NCBI GenBank assembly: GCA_020833025.1
Contig: JAJHRB010000001.1
Coordinates: 12,277 to 76,276 of the forward strand
DNA: 64,000 bases
Origin: Thermoproteaceae archaeon
GTDB lineage: Archaea; Thermoproteota; Thermoprotei; Thermoproteales; Thermoproteaceae
Direction of reading: 5' to 3'
Positions 42,018 through 53,158 of the stretch are shown one piece after another. The notes under the pieces are model-generated. The model searched no databases and was not told the DNA's origin. It saw only the letters and a list, made by a program, of their open reading frames with translations. The translations under genes were made by a program, and so were the position numbers. How positions within the stretch are numbered: the first letter of the stretch is position 1; the number at the start of each line of letters is the position of its first letter.

Positions 42018-45000
42018 ATGCCAGAGCTCTCTCTACTCCCGGTAATCAAGAGCTCGCGAGAGGAGGAGTTCCCGACTAGTGACGACAGGTGGGCCCTAGT
42101 CGAGAGGTTGATTAAAGACCGGGGCCTCGTATATCACCAGATAAAGTCATTCAACGATTTTCTTGAAAGGAAGCTGCATAAAATAATAGAGGAGTTCAAG
42201 GTTATTGAGACAGAGATAAAGGGGCTCAGAATAATCCTTGAGAGAATTGAAGTAGAGTGGCCCAGAATAAAGGAGAGCGACGGCTCCGAGTCGCTCATAT
42301 TCCCGATGGAGGCAAGGCTTCGCAACGCGACTTACGCCGCGCCGATGAAACTTGTTGCAACTCTATATGTTGACGACGAGCCCTATATCACTGACAAGTT
42401 CTACATTGGTGATCTGCCAATAATGGTTAAGTCTAAGAGGTGTAACTTGACGAGACTCAAGCCAGAGGAGTACGTTAAGAAATTTGAGGACCCAGAAGAC
42501 TTTGGCGGCTACTTCATAATTAACGGCAGCGAGCGAGTGGTAATATCTCAAGAGGACCTGGTTACGGACAGGCCGATTTATGATGAGGGTGACAGGCCAT
42601 CTGTTAAGTACATCGCAAAGGTTGCCTCGACAGGCATAGGCTACAGGAGCACGGTAACAGTAGAACTGCACAGAGACGGCATTATTTACGTCATACTGTC
42701 AGCAATACCCGTGAGAATTCCGTTCCCGATCTACATGAAGGCCTTGGGCCTTGCGACAGACGAGGAAATAGTCAGAGCGGTGTCGGACGACCCCGAGATA
42801 CAAAAGGAGCTCCTGCCGTCTCTAGTGATCGCGAGCCAGCTGGCCGCGACCCAGGAGGACGCGCTGGACTACATAGGCGGCAAGGTTGCCGTGGGGCAGC
42901 CCAGGCCCGTGAGAGTTGAGAGGGCCCTTCAGATGCTGGATAAATACTTCCTGCCGCATCTGGGCACGACGGCGACAGACGAGAAAAAGCAACAGGAGAT
43001 CCGGCTGAGGAAGGCCCTCATGCTCGGGCAGATAGTCAAGGGGCTTGTGGAGCTGCAGCTCGGCAGGAGAAAACCTGATGACAAGGACCATGTGGCAAAT
43101 AAGAGGGTGAGGCTCGTTGGCGACTTGATAGCGCAGCTCTTCAGGACAGTATTCAAGCAGTTCTTGCAAGAGCTAAGGAGCCAGCTTGAGAAGTACTACG
43201 CCAGAGGGAGGATACCGCACCTGCAGACAATAGCAAGACCGGACATCATAACCGAGAGAATAAGGCAGGCGCTGGCCACCGGGAACTGGGTCGGCGGCAA
43301 GACCGGCGTCTCGCAGCTGCTCGACAGGACTGACTACCTCTCGACGCTTAGTTATCTCAGGCGGGTGGTCTCGTCGCTGTCCAGAGCCCAGCCGCACTTT
43401 GAGGCGCGCGACCTCCACCCGACGCAGTGGGGCAGGCTGTGTGCCGTCGAGACTCCCGAGGGCCAGAACGTGGGCCTAGTGAAGAACCTGGCCTTGCTGG
43501 CTGAGGTGACGGGCGGAATTGACGAGGAGGAGGTAGAGCAGTTACTGTACAGCCTCAAGGTCGTGCCAATACTGAGGGCGAGAGAGAAGGGCGTGCGCGG
43601 CGCCGAGGTGTACCTCAACGGGAGGTTGATAGGCATTCACACAAATCCCGAGGAGCTTGTGAATACAGTGCGGAGCCTCAGAAGGCAGGGGAAGATAAGC
43701 TACGAGATCAATATCGCCTACCTTAACAACGCGGTGTGCGTGAACTGTGATGGAGGGCGCCTCAGGAGGCCTCTTCTCGTCGTTGAGAGTGGAAAGCTCA
43801 AGCTGACGGAGGAGGTAGTCGAGAGAGTGAGACGCGGCGAGCTCAGCTGGGACGACCTAGTAAAGATGGGCGTTATTGAGTATCTCGACGCGGACGAGGA
43901 GGAGAACGCGAGAATAGCAGTAGACCCCCGCGGAGATCTTAGCGGCTACACGCACGTAGAGATAATACCGTCTGCTATACTCGGCGCCGTGGCGTCAATC
44001 ATACCGTACCTAGAGCACAACCAGTCGCCGCGCAATCAGTACGAGGCGGCCATGGCAAAGCAGTCGCTGGGCCTGCCGCAGCTTAACTTCCTCTACAAGC
44101 TCGACCCGAGAGGCCACATGCTCTACTACCCGGAGAGGCCTATAGTCACCACGCGCGGGCTGGAGCTTATTGGCCTCTCAAGAAGGCCGGCGGGCCAGAA
44201 CGCTGTGGTGGCGCTTCTAGCCCTTGCCGGCTACGGCATGGAGGATGCCGTTATCCTGAACAGGGCAGCTGTTGAGCGCGGCATGATGCGCTCCGTGTTC
44301 TACAGGACCTACGAGACCGAGGAGCAGAAGTATCCGGGCGGCGAGGAGGACAGAATAGAAATACCTGATAGCTCTGTCAAGGGCTACAGAGGGCCCGAGG
44401 CATACAGCCACCTAGACGAGGACGGAATTGCACCGCCCGAGGTTTATGTGAGCAGCGGCGAGGTGATTATAGGCAAGACGTCGCCGCCGAGATTCTACAC
44501 GACGCTTGAGGCCGAGCGCATCATAAAGGAGAGGCGGGACTCGTCCGTCGCCGTGAGGCGCGGCGAGAGAGGCATTGTCGACAAGGTCGTCATAACTGAG
44601 TCGCAGGAGGGCAACAGACTTGTGAAGGTGAGACTGAGGGAGCTTAGAATTCCCGAACTGGGGGACAAGTTTGCATCACGCCACGGGCAGAAGGGCGTTG
44701 CCGGAATGCTGCTGAGGCACGAAGACATGCCGTTCACTGAGAGCGGCACAGTGCCTGACATCATAGTGAACCCACACGCACTGCCGTCGCGCATGACGGT
44801 TGGCCAGCTTCTGGAGAGCATGGCGGGGAAGGTCGGCGCCCTGATGGGCGCGCTTGTTGACGCGACGCCGTTTGAGGGCATTAAGGAGGACGAGCTGAGA
44901 AGGCTCCTGCTGAAGCTCGGCTACAGATGGGACGGGAAGGAGGTCATGTATAGCGGCATGACCGGCGAGAAACTCGTTGCCGATGTGTTCATAGGCATTG

Positions 45001-45401
45001 TGTACTACCAGAAGCTGCACCACATGGTTGCTGATAAGATTCACGCAAGGGCGAGGGGGCCCGTGCAGATCCTCACTAGACAGCCGACTGAGGGGCGCTC
45101 GCGCGAGGGCGGGCTTAGACTCGGCGAGATGGAAAGGGACGTCTTCATAGCGCATGGAGCCTCTGCGCTGCTTTACGAGAGGCTCGTGGAGTCCAGCGAC
45201 AAGTACGCGATGTACGTTTGCGAGCTCTGCGGGCTTCCCGCTTATCTGGACGCGAGGATCAATAGGCCGAGGTGTCCCATTCACGGCGATGCGGGTCAGT
45301 TCGCCAGAGTTATAGTGCCCTATGCATTCAAGCTCTTGCTGCAGGAGCTCATTGCGCTTGGCATATATCCCAGGCTGGAATTAACGGAAGTACTGGAGTA
45401 G
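42018..45401 (+). CDS. rpoB: RNA polymerase subunit B (Rpo2, unsplit)
   Basis: FIINGSERV, ETPEGQNVGL, GDKFASRHGQKG, RLGEMERD. Confidence 0.98.
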   Translation: MPELSLLPVIKSSREEEFPTSDDRWALVERLIKDRGLVYHQIKSFNDFLERKLHKIIEEFKVIETEIKGLRIILERIEVEWPRIKESDGSESLIFPMEARLRNATYAAPMKLVATLYVDDEPYITDKFYIGDLPIMVKSKRCNLTRLKPEEYVKKFEDPEDFGGYFIINGSERVVISQEDLVTDRPIYDEGDRPSVKYIAKVASTGIGYRSTVTVELHRDGIIYVILSAIPVRIPFPIYMKALGLATDEEIVRAVSDDPEIQKELLPSLVIASQLAATQEDALDYIGGKVAVGQPRPVRVERALQMLDKYFLPHLGTTATDEKKQQEIRLRKALMLGQIVKGLVELQLGRRKPDDKDHVANKRVRLVGDLIAQLFRTVFKQFLQELRSQLEKYYARGRIPHLQTIARPDIITERIRQALATGNWVGGKTGVSQLLDRTDYLSTLSYLRRVVSSLSRAQPHFEARDLHPTQWGRLCAVETPEGQNVGLVKNLALLAEVTGGIDEEEVEQLLYSLKVVPILRAREKGVRGAEVYLNGRLIGIHTNPEELVNTVRSLRRQGKISYEINIAYLNNAVCVNCDGGRLRRPLLVVESGKLKLTEEVVERVRRGELSWDDLVKMGVIEYLDADEEENARIAVDPRGDLSGYTHVEIIPSAILGAVASIIPYLEHNQSPRNQYEAAMAKQSLGLPQLNFLYKLDPRGHMLYYPERPIVTTRGLELIGLSRRPAGQNAVVALLALAGYGMEDAVILNRAAVERGMMRSVFYRTYETEEQKYPGGEEDRIEIPDSSVKGYRGPEAYSHLDEDGIAPPEVYVSSGEVIIGKTSPPRFYTTLEAERIIKERRDSSVAVRRGERGIVDKVVITESQEGNRLVKVRLRELRIPELGDKFASRHGQKGVAGMLLRHEDMPFTESGTVPDIIVNPHALPSRMTVGQLLESMAGKVGALMGALVDATPFEGIKEDELRRLLLKLGYRWDGKEVMYSGMTGEKLVADVFIGIVYYQKLHHMVADKIHARARGPVQILTRQPTEGRSREGGLRLGEMERDVFIAHGASALLYERLVESSDKYAMYVCELCGLPAYLDARINRPRCPIHGDAGQFARVIVPYAFKLLLQELIALGIYPRLELTEVLE

Positions 45402-45513
45402 AAGGCAGTATGTCGCTAAATTCCAGCCGGCGGCCCTCGCGTACCGGGAGGGCGCCCAAAAAGGGCTGGGGGGTCGTTCTGCTAGAGGCTTTTTATACTG
45501 ATGCGCAAAGAGA

Positions 45514-48180
45514 TTGGTGTCGCTCGCTGAGAGCGTAGAGACAGTGCCACTCAAAGCCATCAAGTCAGCTAAATTCGGGCTGCTCAGCCCAGAGATAGTG
45601 AGAAAATACGCAATCATGGAAATTACGACATCAGAGGTCTACGACGAGGGAGGCCTGCCCGTGAGGGGTGGTATTACTGACAGAAGGCTCGGCGTTGCCG
45701 AACCCGGGGCGCGCTGCGAGACGTGCGGGCACGCTTACGACACGTGTCCCGGACACTTCGGTTATATAGAGCTTGTCAAGCCCGTAATTCACGTCGGGTT
45801 TGCCCGCATGATTTATGACATACTCAGGGCCACGTGCCCAAACTGCGGGCGCATAATGTTGAGAAATGACGAGATAAAGCGATACAGAGAGAGGCTAGCT
45901 AGGCTCAGGCAGAGGTGGAGGCTCCTTGCACTCAACCTCCACGAGAAAATACGCAAGAAGGCCTCCGAGAGAGCAGTATGCCCGCACTGCGGGCATAAGA
46001 AGAATAAGATGAAGTTCGAGCGACCGTACTACTTTTACGAGGAGACAGAGGGCGGCGCGCTAGTAAAGCTAGATCCAGAGACTCTGAGAGAGAGACTCGC
46101 CAAAGTCCCCGGGGAGGACCTAGAGCTGCTGGGCATAGACCCGGCAGTCGCCAGGCCCGAGTGGGCAATACTGCGGCTGCTGCCAGTCCCGCCGCCGCAC
46201 GTGAGACCATCAATACAGCTTGAAAGTGGCGTGAGGTCAGAGGATGACTTGACGCACAAGCTCGTGGACATTATACGGATGAATGAGAAGCTGAAAATGG
46301 CGATAGAAACTGGCGCTCCTACGAACGTCATTGAGAGCCTGTGGGACCTGCTGCAGTATCACGTCGCGACGTACTTTGACAACGAGCTGCCCGGCGTACC
46401 CGTGGCTAAGCATCGCAGCGGGAGGCCCCTAAAGGGCCTGGCGCAGAGACTTAAGGGCAAGGAGGGGAGGTTCCGCGGCTCGCTCTCCGGCAAGCGCGTG
46501 AACTTCTCGGCCCGCACCGTAATAAGCCCGGACCCGAACATCAGCATAAATGAGGTGGGCGTGCCCTACGAGATTGCAAAGATTGTGACCGTGCCCGAGA
46601 GGGTGACCGAGTGGAATATTGACTTTCTGCGGGAGCTCGTGATTAGGGGGCCTGACGTGTGGCCAGGCGCCAATTACGTGATAACACCAGAGGGGAGGAG
46701 AATTGACTTGAGATACGTGAAGGACAGGAAGGCGCTTGCCGAGCGGCTGGCACCCGGCTGGGTCGTTGAGAGACACCTGATAGACGGGGACGTCGTGCTC
46801 TTCAACAGGCAGCCAAGTCTCCATAGGGTGTCAATGATGGGACACATTGTCAAGGTGCTGCCCGGCAGGACTTTCAGGCTTCACCTGTCAGTATGCCCGC
46901 CTTACAATGCTGACTTTGACGGGGACGAGATGAATCTCCACGCCCCTCAGACTGAAGAGGCAAGGGCGGAGGCGAGGACGCTCATGCTGGTGGAGAAGCA
47001 GATAATAACCCCGCGCTACGGCGGCTCCATAATCGGGGCGAGGCAGGACTACATCATAGGTGCCTACCTGCTGTCGCATAAGAGCACGTTTATCACAAAG
47101 AGGGAGCTGGCATATCTCCTAGGCGCCGGGATGTCAGCAGAGGACCCGCCTGAGCCGGCAATATTGCACCCTGTAGAGCTGTGGACGGGCAAACAAGTTA
47201 TCTCTCACTTCCTCCCGAGGGACTTAACTTGGGTGCAGCCCACGGCGTTTAAGAGCAAGTGTCAAGACGCGTTCAGGTGCGACAGGGACGAGTGGATTAT
47301 TGTAATTAATGGCGAGCTCGTTAAGGGAGTTCTTGACAAGAAGTCCATCGGCGCGGAGCAGATCGGCTCCCTATGGCACAGAATCGCAAGGGACTACTCA
47401 CCAGAGGTTGCGAGGCGGTGGCTCGACTCGTCGCTGCGGGTGTTTTTGAGGTTCCTGGACTTGCACGGCTTCTCTCTCGGAATGGACTCGCTGCACTTGC
47501 CGCGGGAGGCGTATGAGGAGATAGATAGAATTGTAAAGAGCGGCATTGAGAAGGCCTACGAGCTGCTGAACGACTACAGGAGTGGGCGTCTTGAGGCGAT
47601 GCCCGGCCTCACGGTTCACGAGACATTCGAGAATAGAATTGCCGAAATTCTCTCGAAGGTGCGCGAGGAGGCCGCCTACGTCGTGGAGAGGTACCTCGCG
47701 AAGAACTCGGAGGGCTACCTAATGGCCAAGACTGGGGCCCGGGGCAGTATCATAAATATCGTGCAAATGGTCGCAGTTCTGGGCCAGCAGACTATTAGAG
47801 GCGAGCGCATCAGGCGGGGCTTCAGGACACGCACGCTGCCGCACTTTCCCGCTGACGACATAGGCCCGCACGCCGGCGGCTTCGTGCAAGGCGCCTTCAA
47901 GTTTGGGCTCTCGCCGATTGAGTATTTCTTCCACGCAGCTGCAGGCAGAGACGGCCTCATTGACACGGCAGTGCGCACGGCCCAGTCTGGCTACATGCAG
48001 AGGCGCCTAATAAACGCGCTGCAAGATATCTACGTGGCGTACGACGGCACGGTGAGATTCGGCGGCACGCTGCTATTGCAGCCACTCTATGGCGGGGATG
48101 GAGTTGACGTCAGCCGCTCTGACCACGGTAAGATTATTGACATGGGCGTGTTAAGGCTGGCCGCGAGGGTCGGGACATGA
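45514..48180 (+). CDS. rpoA1: RNA polymerase subunit A' (Rpo1N)
   Basis: YNADFDGDEMN, GKRVNFSAR, GYMQRRL. Confidence 0.98.
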   Translation: MVSLAESVETVPLKAIKSAKFGLLSPEIVRKYAIMEITTSEVYDEGGLPVRGGITDRRLGVAEPGARCETCGHAYDTCPGHFGYIELVKPVIHVGFARMIYDILRATCPNCGRIMLRNDEIKRYRERLARLRQRWRLLALNLHEKIRKKASERAVCPHCGHKKNKMKFERPYYFYEETEGGALVKLDPETLRERLAKVPGEDLELLGIDPAVARPEWAILRLLPVPPPHVRPSIQLESGVRSEDDLTHKLVDIIRMNEKLKMAIETGAPTNVIESLWDLLQYHVATYFDNELPGVPVAKHRSGRPLKGLAQRLKGKEGRFRGSLSGKRVNFSARTVISPDPNISINEVGVPYEIAKIVTVPERVTEWNIDFLRELVIRGPDVWPGANYVITPEGRRIDLRYVKDRKALAERLAPGWVVERHLIDGDVVLFNRQPSLHRVSMMGHIVKVLPGRTFRLHLSVCPPYNADFDGDEMNLHAPQTEEARAEARTLMLVEKQIITPRYGGSIIGARQDYIIGAYLLSHKSTFITKRELAYLLGAGMSAEDPPEPAILHPVELWTGKQVISHFLPRDLTWVQPTAFKSKCQDAFRCDRDEWIIVINGELVKGVLDKKSIGAEQIGSLWHRIARDYSPEVARRWLDSSLRVFLRFLDLHGFSLGMDSLHLPREAYEEIDRIVKSGIEKAYELLNDYRSGRLEAMPGLTVHETFENRIAEILSKVREEAAYVVERYLAKNSEGYLMAKTGARGSIINIVQMVAVLGQQTIRGERIRRGFRTRTLPHFPADDIGPHAGGFVQGAFKFGLSPIEYFFHAAAGRDGLIDTAVRTAQSGYMQRRLINALQDIYVAYDGTVRFGGTLLLQPLYGGDGVDVSRSDHGKIIDMGVLRLAARVGT

Positions 48181-49316
48181 TGTCGAGACAGGAGCTGCTG
48201 GCTAAGCTCTTGAACTTACTGCCGAAGCCGCTCTACAGGGAGCTCGAGAGCGCAATACGCGACCTAAGCGATGAGAAAGCGCTGCAGCTTGTGTACCGCG
48301 TTCTAAAGTCCTACATCTCGTCGCTCATAGATCCCGGCGAGGCCATCGGAATAGTCACGGCGCAGTCAATCGGAGAGCCCAGCACGCAGATGGTCCTCCG
48401 GTCTTTCCACTACGCGGGTCTCAAGGAGTTCTCGATGGCCAAGGGCCTGCCGAGAATGGTAGAGATCGTCGACGCCAGGAGGGCGCCCTCGATACCGCTG
48501 ATGTACGTCTACCTCAAGCCGCCGCACAACAAGAGTAGAGATGCGGCGGAGTCTGTCGCGAAAAAGATACAGCAAGTGACTGTGAATGCCGTCGCGAGGG
48601 AGGTAGACGTCGATTACCTAGCAGGCACTATTACCATAACACTGGACTCAGAGCAATTGAAATACCGCGGCTTGAGCGTAGAAGACGTCAGAAGGGCCGT
48701 GAGCAAGATTCGGGGGAGAGACTTGAGCGTGGCGGTGCAAGATTGCAGTATCACGATAATGCTGAACACGCCGGATATACTGAAGCTCAGAAAGGTTCGC
48801 GACAAGGTTCTTAACACAAGAATCTCAGGCATAAGGGGAGTAAAGAAGGTCGTGATACAGTATGACTCGACAAATAATGAGTGGTTCATAATCACGGAGG
48901 GCACGAATCTTGAGGCAGTGCTGCAGCTTGAGGAAGTCGACAAGACCAGAACTTACAGTAACAACCTGCACGAGGTTGAGGAGGTTCTGGGCATCGAGGC
49001 CGCGAAGGCACTAATTGCGAGAGAGATAAAGCGCGTCCTCGACGAGCAGGGGCTTGACGTCGATATTAGGCACATGTACCTGGTGGCTGATGCAATGACG
49101 TGGTCAGGCAGGGTGAGGCCCATCGGGCGCCACGGCGTCGTGAGGGCCAAGGAGTCGCCGCTCGCGCGCGCTGCGTTTGAGGTAACCGTCAAGACACTGC
49201 TCGAGGCAGCAATGAGGGGAGAGCCCGAGCACTTCAAGGGCGTCGTGGAGAGCATAATAGCGGGGAAGTACACACCCATAGGCACCGGCATGGTGCGCCT
49301 GCTGATGCAGCTATAA
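48177..49316 (+). CDS. rpoA2: RNA polymerase subunit A'' (Rpo1C)
   Basis: GEAIGIVTAQSIGEPSTQM, ARAAFE. Confidence 0.97.
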   Translation: MMSRQELLAKLLNLLPKPLYRELESAIRDLSDEKALQLVYRVLKSYISSLIDPGEAIGIVTAQSIGEPSTQMVLRSFHYAGLKEFSMAKGLPRMVEIVDARRAPSIPLMYVYLKPPHNKSRDAAESVAKKIQQVTVNAVAREVDVDYLAGTITITLDSEQLKYRGLSVEDVRRAVSKIRGRDLSVAVQDCSITIMLNTPDILKLRKVRDKVLNTRISGIRGVKKVVIQYDSTNNEWFIITEGTNLEAVLQLEEVDKTRTYSNNLHEVEEVLGIEAAKALIAREIKRVLDEQGLDVDIRHMYLVADAMTWSGRVRPIGRHGVVRAKESPLARAAFEVTVKTLLEAAMRGEPEHFKGVVESIIAGKYTPIGTGMVRLLMQL

Positions 49317-49347
49317 CTTTAATTAGGGGCGCGAAAACTTGCGTGCT

Positions 49348-49656
49348 ATGATTGACATAGGCAGGGAGCTCCAGGTCGCAATGTCGACAGGCAGGGTGGC
49401 AATAGGATTTAAGGAGGCGAAAAAGGCGCTCTTGACCGGCTCCCCGAAGCTTGTGATAATAGCTGCAAACGCTCCCAAGTGGGCGCGCGACGACATCGAG
49501 CACTACGCCAGGCTCGCCGGGGTTCCTGTGTTTATCTTCCCGGGCTCCAGCATTGAGCTCGGCGCCGCCGCGAAGAGGCCGCACAAGATAATGGCCATGG
49601 CAGTTATGGACCCAGGGCAGAGCGAGATCCTAAAGCTGGTTGAGCGTCATGCCTGA
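49348..49656 (+). CDS. rpl30e: 50S ribosomal protein L30e
   Basis: [25 protein letters not shown]. Confidence 0.92.
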   Translation: MIDIGRELQVAMSTGRVAIGFKEAKKALLTGSPKLVIIAANAPKWARDDIEHYARLAGVPVFIFPGSSIELGAAAKRPHKIMAMAVMDPGQSEILKLVERHA

Positions 49657-50083
49657 GATAAGGCTAACCGAGGAGGAGATCCGATTCGCAACGCTCTTCG
49701 AGAGCGTAACTGGCGTGACGCCGCTCGACGTCATTCTCGACAGCGAGTACTCCAGGGTCATTTACGTGGTGCCAAAAAACCAGGCCGCGATGGCCGTGGG
49801 GCGCGGCGGCTCTAATGTAAAGCTTCTCAGGCAGGTTATTGGGAGGGACGTGGAGGTGGTGGAGACCGGGGACACGCCGGAGGAGCTCATCAAGAACAGC
49901 CTCTACCCCGCGAGAGTTATCATGGTGAAAGTCGTCAAGGCGCCGTCCGGCACGAAGACTGCTATTGCGACAGTGGCTTCTGGGGACAAGGGCATAGCCA
50001 TAGGCAGGAACGGGCGCAACATAGCAAGGGCGCGCCTGCTGGCAAAACGATACTATGACATTGACAAGATAGTGCTCACGTGA
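49649..50083 (+). CDS. nusA: Transcription elongation factor NusA-like (KH)
   Basis: AVGRGGSNV and [11 protein letters not shown] motifs. Confidence 0.92.
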   Translation: MPEIRLTEEEIRFATLFESVTGVTPLDVILDSEYSRVIYVVPKNQAAMAVGRGGSNVKLLRQVIGRDVEVVETGDTPEELIKNSLYPARVIMVKVVKAPSGTKTAIATVASGDKGIAIGRNGRNIARARLLAKRYYDIDKIVLT

Positions 50084-50125
50084 GCGCCTGTGCTAAGGCT
50101 TTTATACGCTGGGAGCGGCACTGCC

Positions 50126-50569
50126 GTGCCCGGCAAGAAGTCGCCTAGCGGTTTGTTTGCGGGCGGCAGGATCAAGAGGAAGAGACAGAAATTCAGATGG
50201 AGCGATATAAACTACAAGCGGAGGATGCTCGGCCTTGTCGAGAAATACGACCCGCTGGAGGGCGCGCCGATGGCGCGGGGCATTGTGCTCGAGAAGGTAG
50301 GCGTCGAGGCGAGGAAGCCAAACGCCGCCGTTAGGAAGTGCGTTAGGGTTCAGCTGGTTAAGAATGGCAAGGTGGTCACGGCCTTCGTGCCGCTTGACGG
50401 CAGTCTGAATTACATCAATGAGCACGACGAGGTGATAATTGAGCGCATAGGCGGGCCTGAGGGGAGGTCGCTCGGCGACATTCCCGGCGTGAGATTCAAA
50501 GTGACTAAAGTGAATGGAATTTCTCTCTACGCGATCTGGAGGGGCAAAAAGCAGAAACCCACCAGGTAG
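50126..50569 (+). CDS. rps12: 30S ribosomal protein S12
   Basis: [31 protein letters not shown]. Confidence 0.97.
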   Translation: MPGKKSPSGLFAGGRIKRKRQKFRWSDINYKRRMLGLVEKYDPLEGAPMARGIVLEKVGVEARKPNAAVRKCVRVQLVKNGKVVTAFVPLDGSLNYINEHDEVIIERIGGPEGRSLGDIPGVRFKVTKVNGISLYAIWRGKKQKPTR

Positions 50570-50584
50570 GGGTCGCTCGCAGTA

Positions 50585-51370
50585 ATGCCGGCGGTCAAAG
50601 TCGTAGAGAAGACTCCCCTGTTCTTGAAGGCAATAGTGGACGGCGTTAGCCCATCGCTCGTTAACGCGCTCAGAAGGGTCATCATCGCAGAGCTTCCTGC
50701 ACTCGCAATAGACACTGTGATCGTGATAACAAACACCTCGGCCATGTATGACGAAATGCTGGCACACAGACTCGCGCTAATTCCGCTGACAACGCCGCTT
50801 CACGCGCTCCCGTCAATTGAGGACTGCGAGACGGGAGTAGTGGACCCCTCTGAGTGCACTGTCAGACTGACGCTAAACGTCACAGCTAGCGATGACGTGA
50901 TGGTCTACTCCGGGCACTTAGTCTCCGACAGGCCGGACGTGGCCCCGGTCTACAAGGAGGTTCCCATTGTGAAGCTCGTCAAGGGGCAAAGCATAGTGCT
51001 AGAGGCCTACGCAAGGCTCGGGCGAGCGAGAGATCACGCAAAGTGGCAAGCAGCCCTTGCGAGTTACTACTACTACCCAAGAGTTGTAATCAAGGACGAT
51101 AGGTGCAGGGAAATTTGCAAGGATATATGCAAGAACCTCGAAGACCCGCTGGAGTGCACATTCAACAGGGCGTGGGCGTGCAAAGATATATGCGGCGACG
51201 GGCTGGTAGTCGAGTGGGACAAGTACAAGTATGTCTTCTGGATTGAGTCATTCGGAAACTACGACATTGATACAGTATTGAGAGAGACGTTTAGTATCAT
51301 CAAGAAAAAGATGTCCAGATTTCTGGAGACTTTAATGCAGAGGGCGGCGGACTACTCTCAGGGCAAGTGA
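50585..51370 (+). CDS. rpoD: RNA polymerase subunit D (Rpo3)
   Basis: NALRRVII, DEMLAHRLALIP, HAKWQ. Confidence 0.95.
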   Translation: MPAVKVVEKTPLFLKAIVDGVSPSLVNALRRVIIAELPALAIDTVIVITNTSAMYDEMLAHRLALIPLTTPLHALPSIEDCETGVVDPSECTVRLTLNVTASDDVMVYSGHLVSDRPDVAPVYKEVPIVKLVKGQSIVLEAYARLGRARDHAKWQAALASYYYYPRVVIKDDRCREICKDICKNLEDPLECTFNRAWACKDICGDGLVVEWDKYKYVFWIESFGNYDIDTVLRETFSIIKKKMSRFLETLMQRAADYSQGK

Positions 51371-51411
51371 GAGGCACCTAAGCCTTTAAAGCATGCCCAG
51401 AGCCGGCAGGC

Positions 51412-51786
51412 ATGCCGCCCAATCCAACCGGCCCCACCAACAGGCAGCTGAGGATGCTGACTAGATTCCTGCGGAAGGCAGCGGCACTAAACTCTGCTAG
51501 AATCTGGAGCGCCGTTGCTGATCTGCTCGAGAGACCCGGCAGGCGGAGAGTTGTGGTCAACGTCGGCAAGCTTGAGAAGCTATCTTATGTCAAAGATGGC
51601 GACAGTGTTGTAATACCAGGCAAGCTTCTGGGCGGGGGTGTGCTTAGGAAGAGAGTTACCGTCGCGGCGTACAAGGTCTCGAAGAGCGCTGTACAGAAGG
51701 TTCTCGAGGCGGGCGGCGAGGTGCTGACAATTCCGGAGGTAATCCGCAGGAGCCCGAAGGGCAGCGGCGTCAAGATAGTCATATGA
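51412..51786 (+). CDS. rpl18e: 50S ribosomal protein L18e
   Basis: VNVGKL, VIPGKLLGGG. Confidence 0.93.
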   Translation: MPPNPTGPTNRQLRMLTRFLRKAAALNSARIWSAVADLLERPGRRRVVVNVGKLEKLSYVKDGDSVVIPGKLLGGGVLRKRVTVAAYKVSKSAVQKVLEAGGEVLTIPEVIRRSPKGSGVKIVI

Positions 51787-52400
51787 GTGCCGCGACGGCA
51801 AGCGCGCAGGCGCCGAGCGTGACAAGAGTACCTCTGGACATCTCGCAGCTGCCCGAGAGAGGCGAGATAGTAATAGACGGCGCGGGGCATGTGGCGGGGA
51901 GGCTTGCGACTTACATCGTCAGGGTATTGCTAAGCAAGCCAGAGCTCTGGGTTTACGTGATAAACGCAGAGAAAATAGTAATAACGGGATGCAGCAGAGT
52001 GGTAACCCTCTGGTTCGCGAGGAAGATAAGTGAGTGGCGCACTCACTACAACCCGGAGAAGGCGGGGCCTAAGATTCCAAGAAGGCCGGACCGCGTCTTC
52101 AAGAGAATTGTAAGAGGGATGCTCCCCAGGAAGCAGTGGAGGGGGCTCTGGGCCCTCAAGAGACTTAGAGTATACATGTCAGTGCCGCTCGCACTCATGC
52201 AGCGGAGGCGCCTTGTGATTTACGAGATTCCCGAGGCTAAGCTAAGAGCTAAGCCCATGCTGAAGTACACCACCCTCGAGGAGGTGTGGCGGCTGCTCGA
52301 GCCGCTGGCGTGGGAGAGGTGGAGGCGCGCGAGAGAGTTGTGGGAGCGCAAGACCGCCCAGCTGCTGGCGAGTAAGACCGGCGCCCCGGGCTCGCAGTGA
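51783..52400 (+). CDS. rpl13: 50S ribosomal protein L13
   Basis: GHVAGRLA, NAEKIVITG, RPDRVFKRIVRGMLP. Confidence 0.93.
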   Translation: MSAATASAQAPSVTRVPLDISQLPERGEIVIDGAGHVAGRLATYIVRVLLSKPELWVYVINAEKIVITGCSRVVTLWFARKISEWRTHYNPEKAGPKIPRRPDRVFKRIVRGMLPRKQWRGLWALKRLRVYMSVPLALMQRRRLVIYEIPEAKLRAKPMLKYTTLEEVWRLLEPLAWERWRRARELWERKTAQLLASKTGAPGSQ

Positions 52401-52444
52401 GCCTGCAGGTAAGTTTTTAACAGCGCTCGTCACTCGCCTGAGCG

Positions 52445-52885
52445 ATGAGCCTGCGCGTCCTAGGAGTCGAGGTGCTACGAGAGGCGCCCAGAGTTGTAGT
52501 GTCGGTGGGCAAGAAGAAGACGGCAATTGCAAAAGCAGTCATCAGAGCGGGGGTGGGGCGCGTCAGGATTAACAGATACCCGCTCGAGCTGTGGCCCGTT
52601 GAGGTAGCCCGGCTCAAGATGATAGAGCCGCTAATCCTGGCCGGGGAGCTCGCGAGAAAGGTTGACATAGACATTGAAGTGTCGGGCGGCGGCTTCATGG
52701 GCCAGGCAACCGCCGTGAGAATAGCAATTGCAAGGGGTCTCGTTGCATACTTCCAGAGCCAGGAACTAGAGGAGCTTTATGAGAAGTACGACCCCTATGT
52801 GCTTAGGGGAGACCCGCGGCGCGCGGAGCCCAAGAAGCCCGGTCTCAAGCACGCCAGAAGCAAAAGACAGAAGGCGTACAGATGA
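52445..52885 (+). CDS. rps9: 30S ribosomal protein S9
   Basis: [26 protein letters not shown]. Confidence 0.96.
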   Translation: MSLRVLGVEVLREAPRVVVSVGKKKTAIAKAVIRAGVGRVRINRYPLELWPVEVARLKMIEPLILAGELARKVDIDIEVSGGGFMGQATAVRIAIARGLVAYFQSQELEELYEKYDPYVLRGDPRRAEPKKPGLKHARSKRQKAYR

Positions 52886-53082
52886 TAATCCCGGTCCGGT
52901 GTTTCACTTGCGGCAGGCCACTCGGGCACCTTTATGCTGTCTTTAAACAGCGCGTACTGGCGGGTGAGAGCCCGGGTAACGTGCTCGACAGCCTGGGACT
53001 CACGAGATATTGCTGCAGGCGGACGCTAATGGCACACGTTGAGTGGATCGACGACGTCTTAGCGTACGAGAGACGGGAGTAG
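52882..53082 (+). CDS. rpoN: RNA polymerase subunit N (Rpo10)
   Basis: [11 protein letters not shown]...RYCCRR. Confidence 0.97.
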   Translation: MIIPVRCFTCGRPLGHLYAVFKQRVLAGESPGNVLDSLGLTRYCCRRTLMAHVEWIDDVLAYERRE

Positions 53083-53135
53083 GGCCCGCGGCGCAGTCCC
53101 TGAGCTCTTTGGGCCTCGCCAGGGGGCTGCTGCGA

Positions 53136-53158
53136 CCGCGCGAGACCGTCTCGCGCGG
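53136..53158. terminator. Perfect 11-bp inverted repeat between rpoN and Sm
   Basis: CCGCGCGAGAC-C-GTCTCGCGCGG. Confidence 0.5.

Noticed and set aside
42018-49316. Inteins or introns in the RNA polymerase genes
   Set aside because: Lengths are normal and motifs are contiguous.
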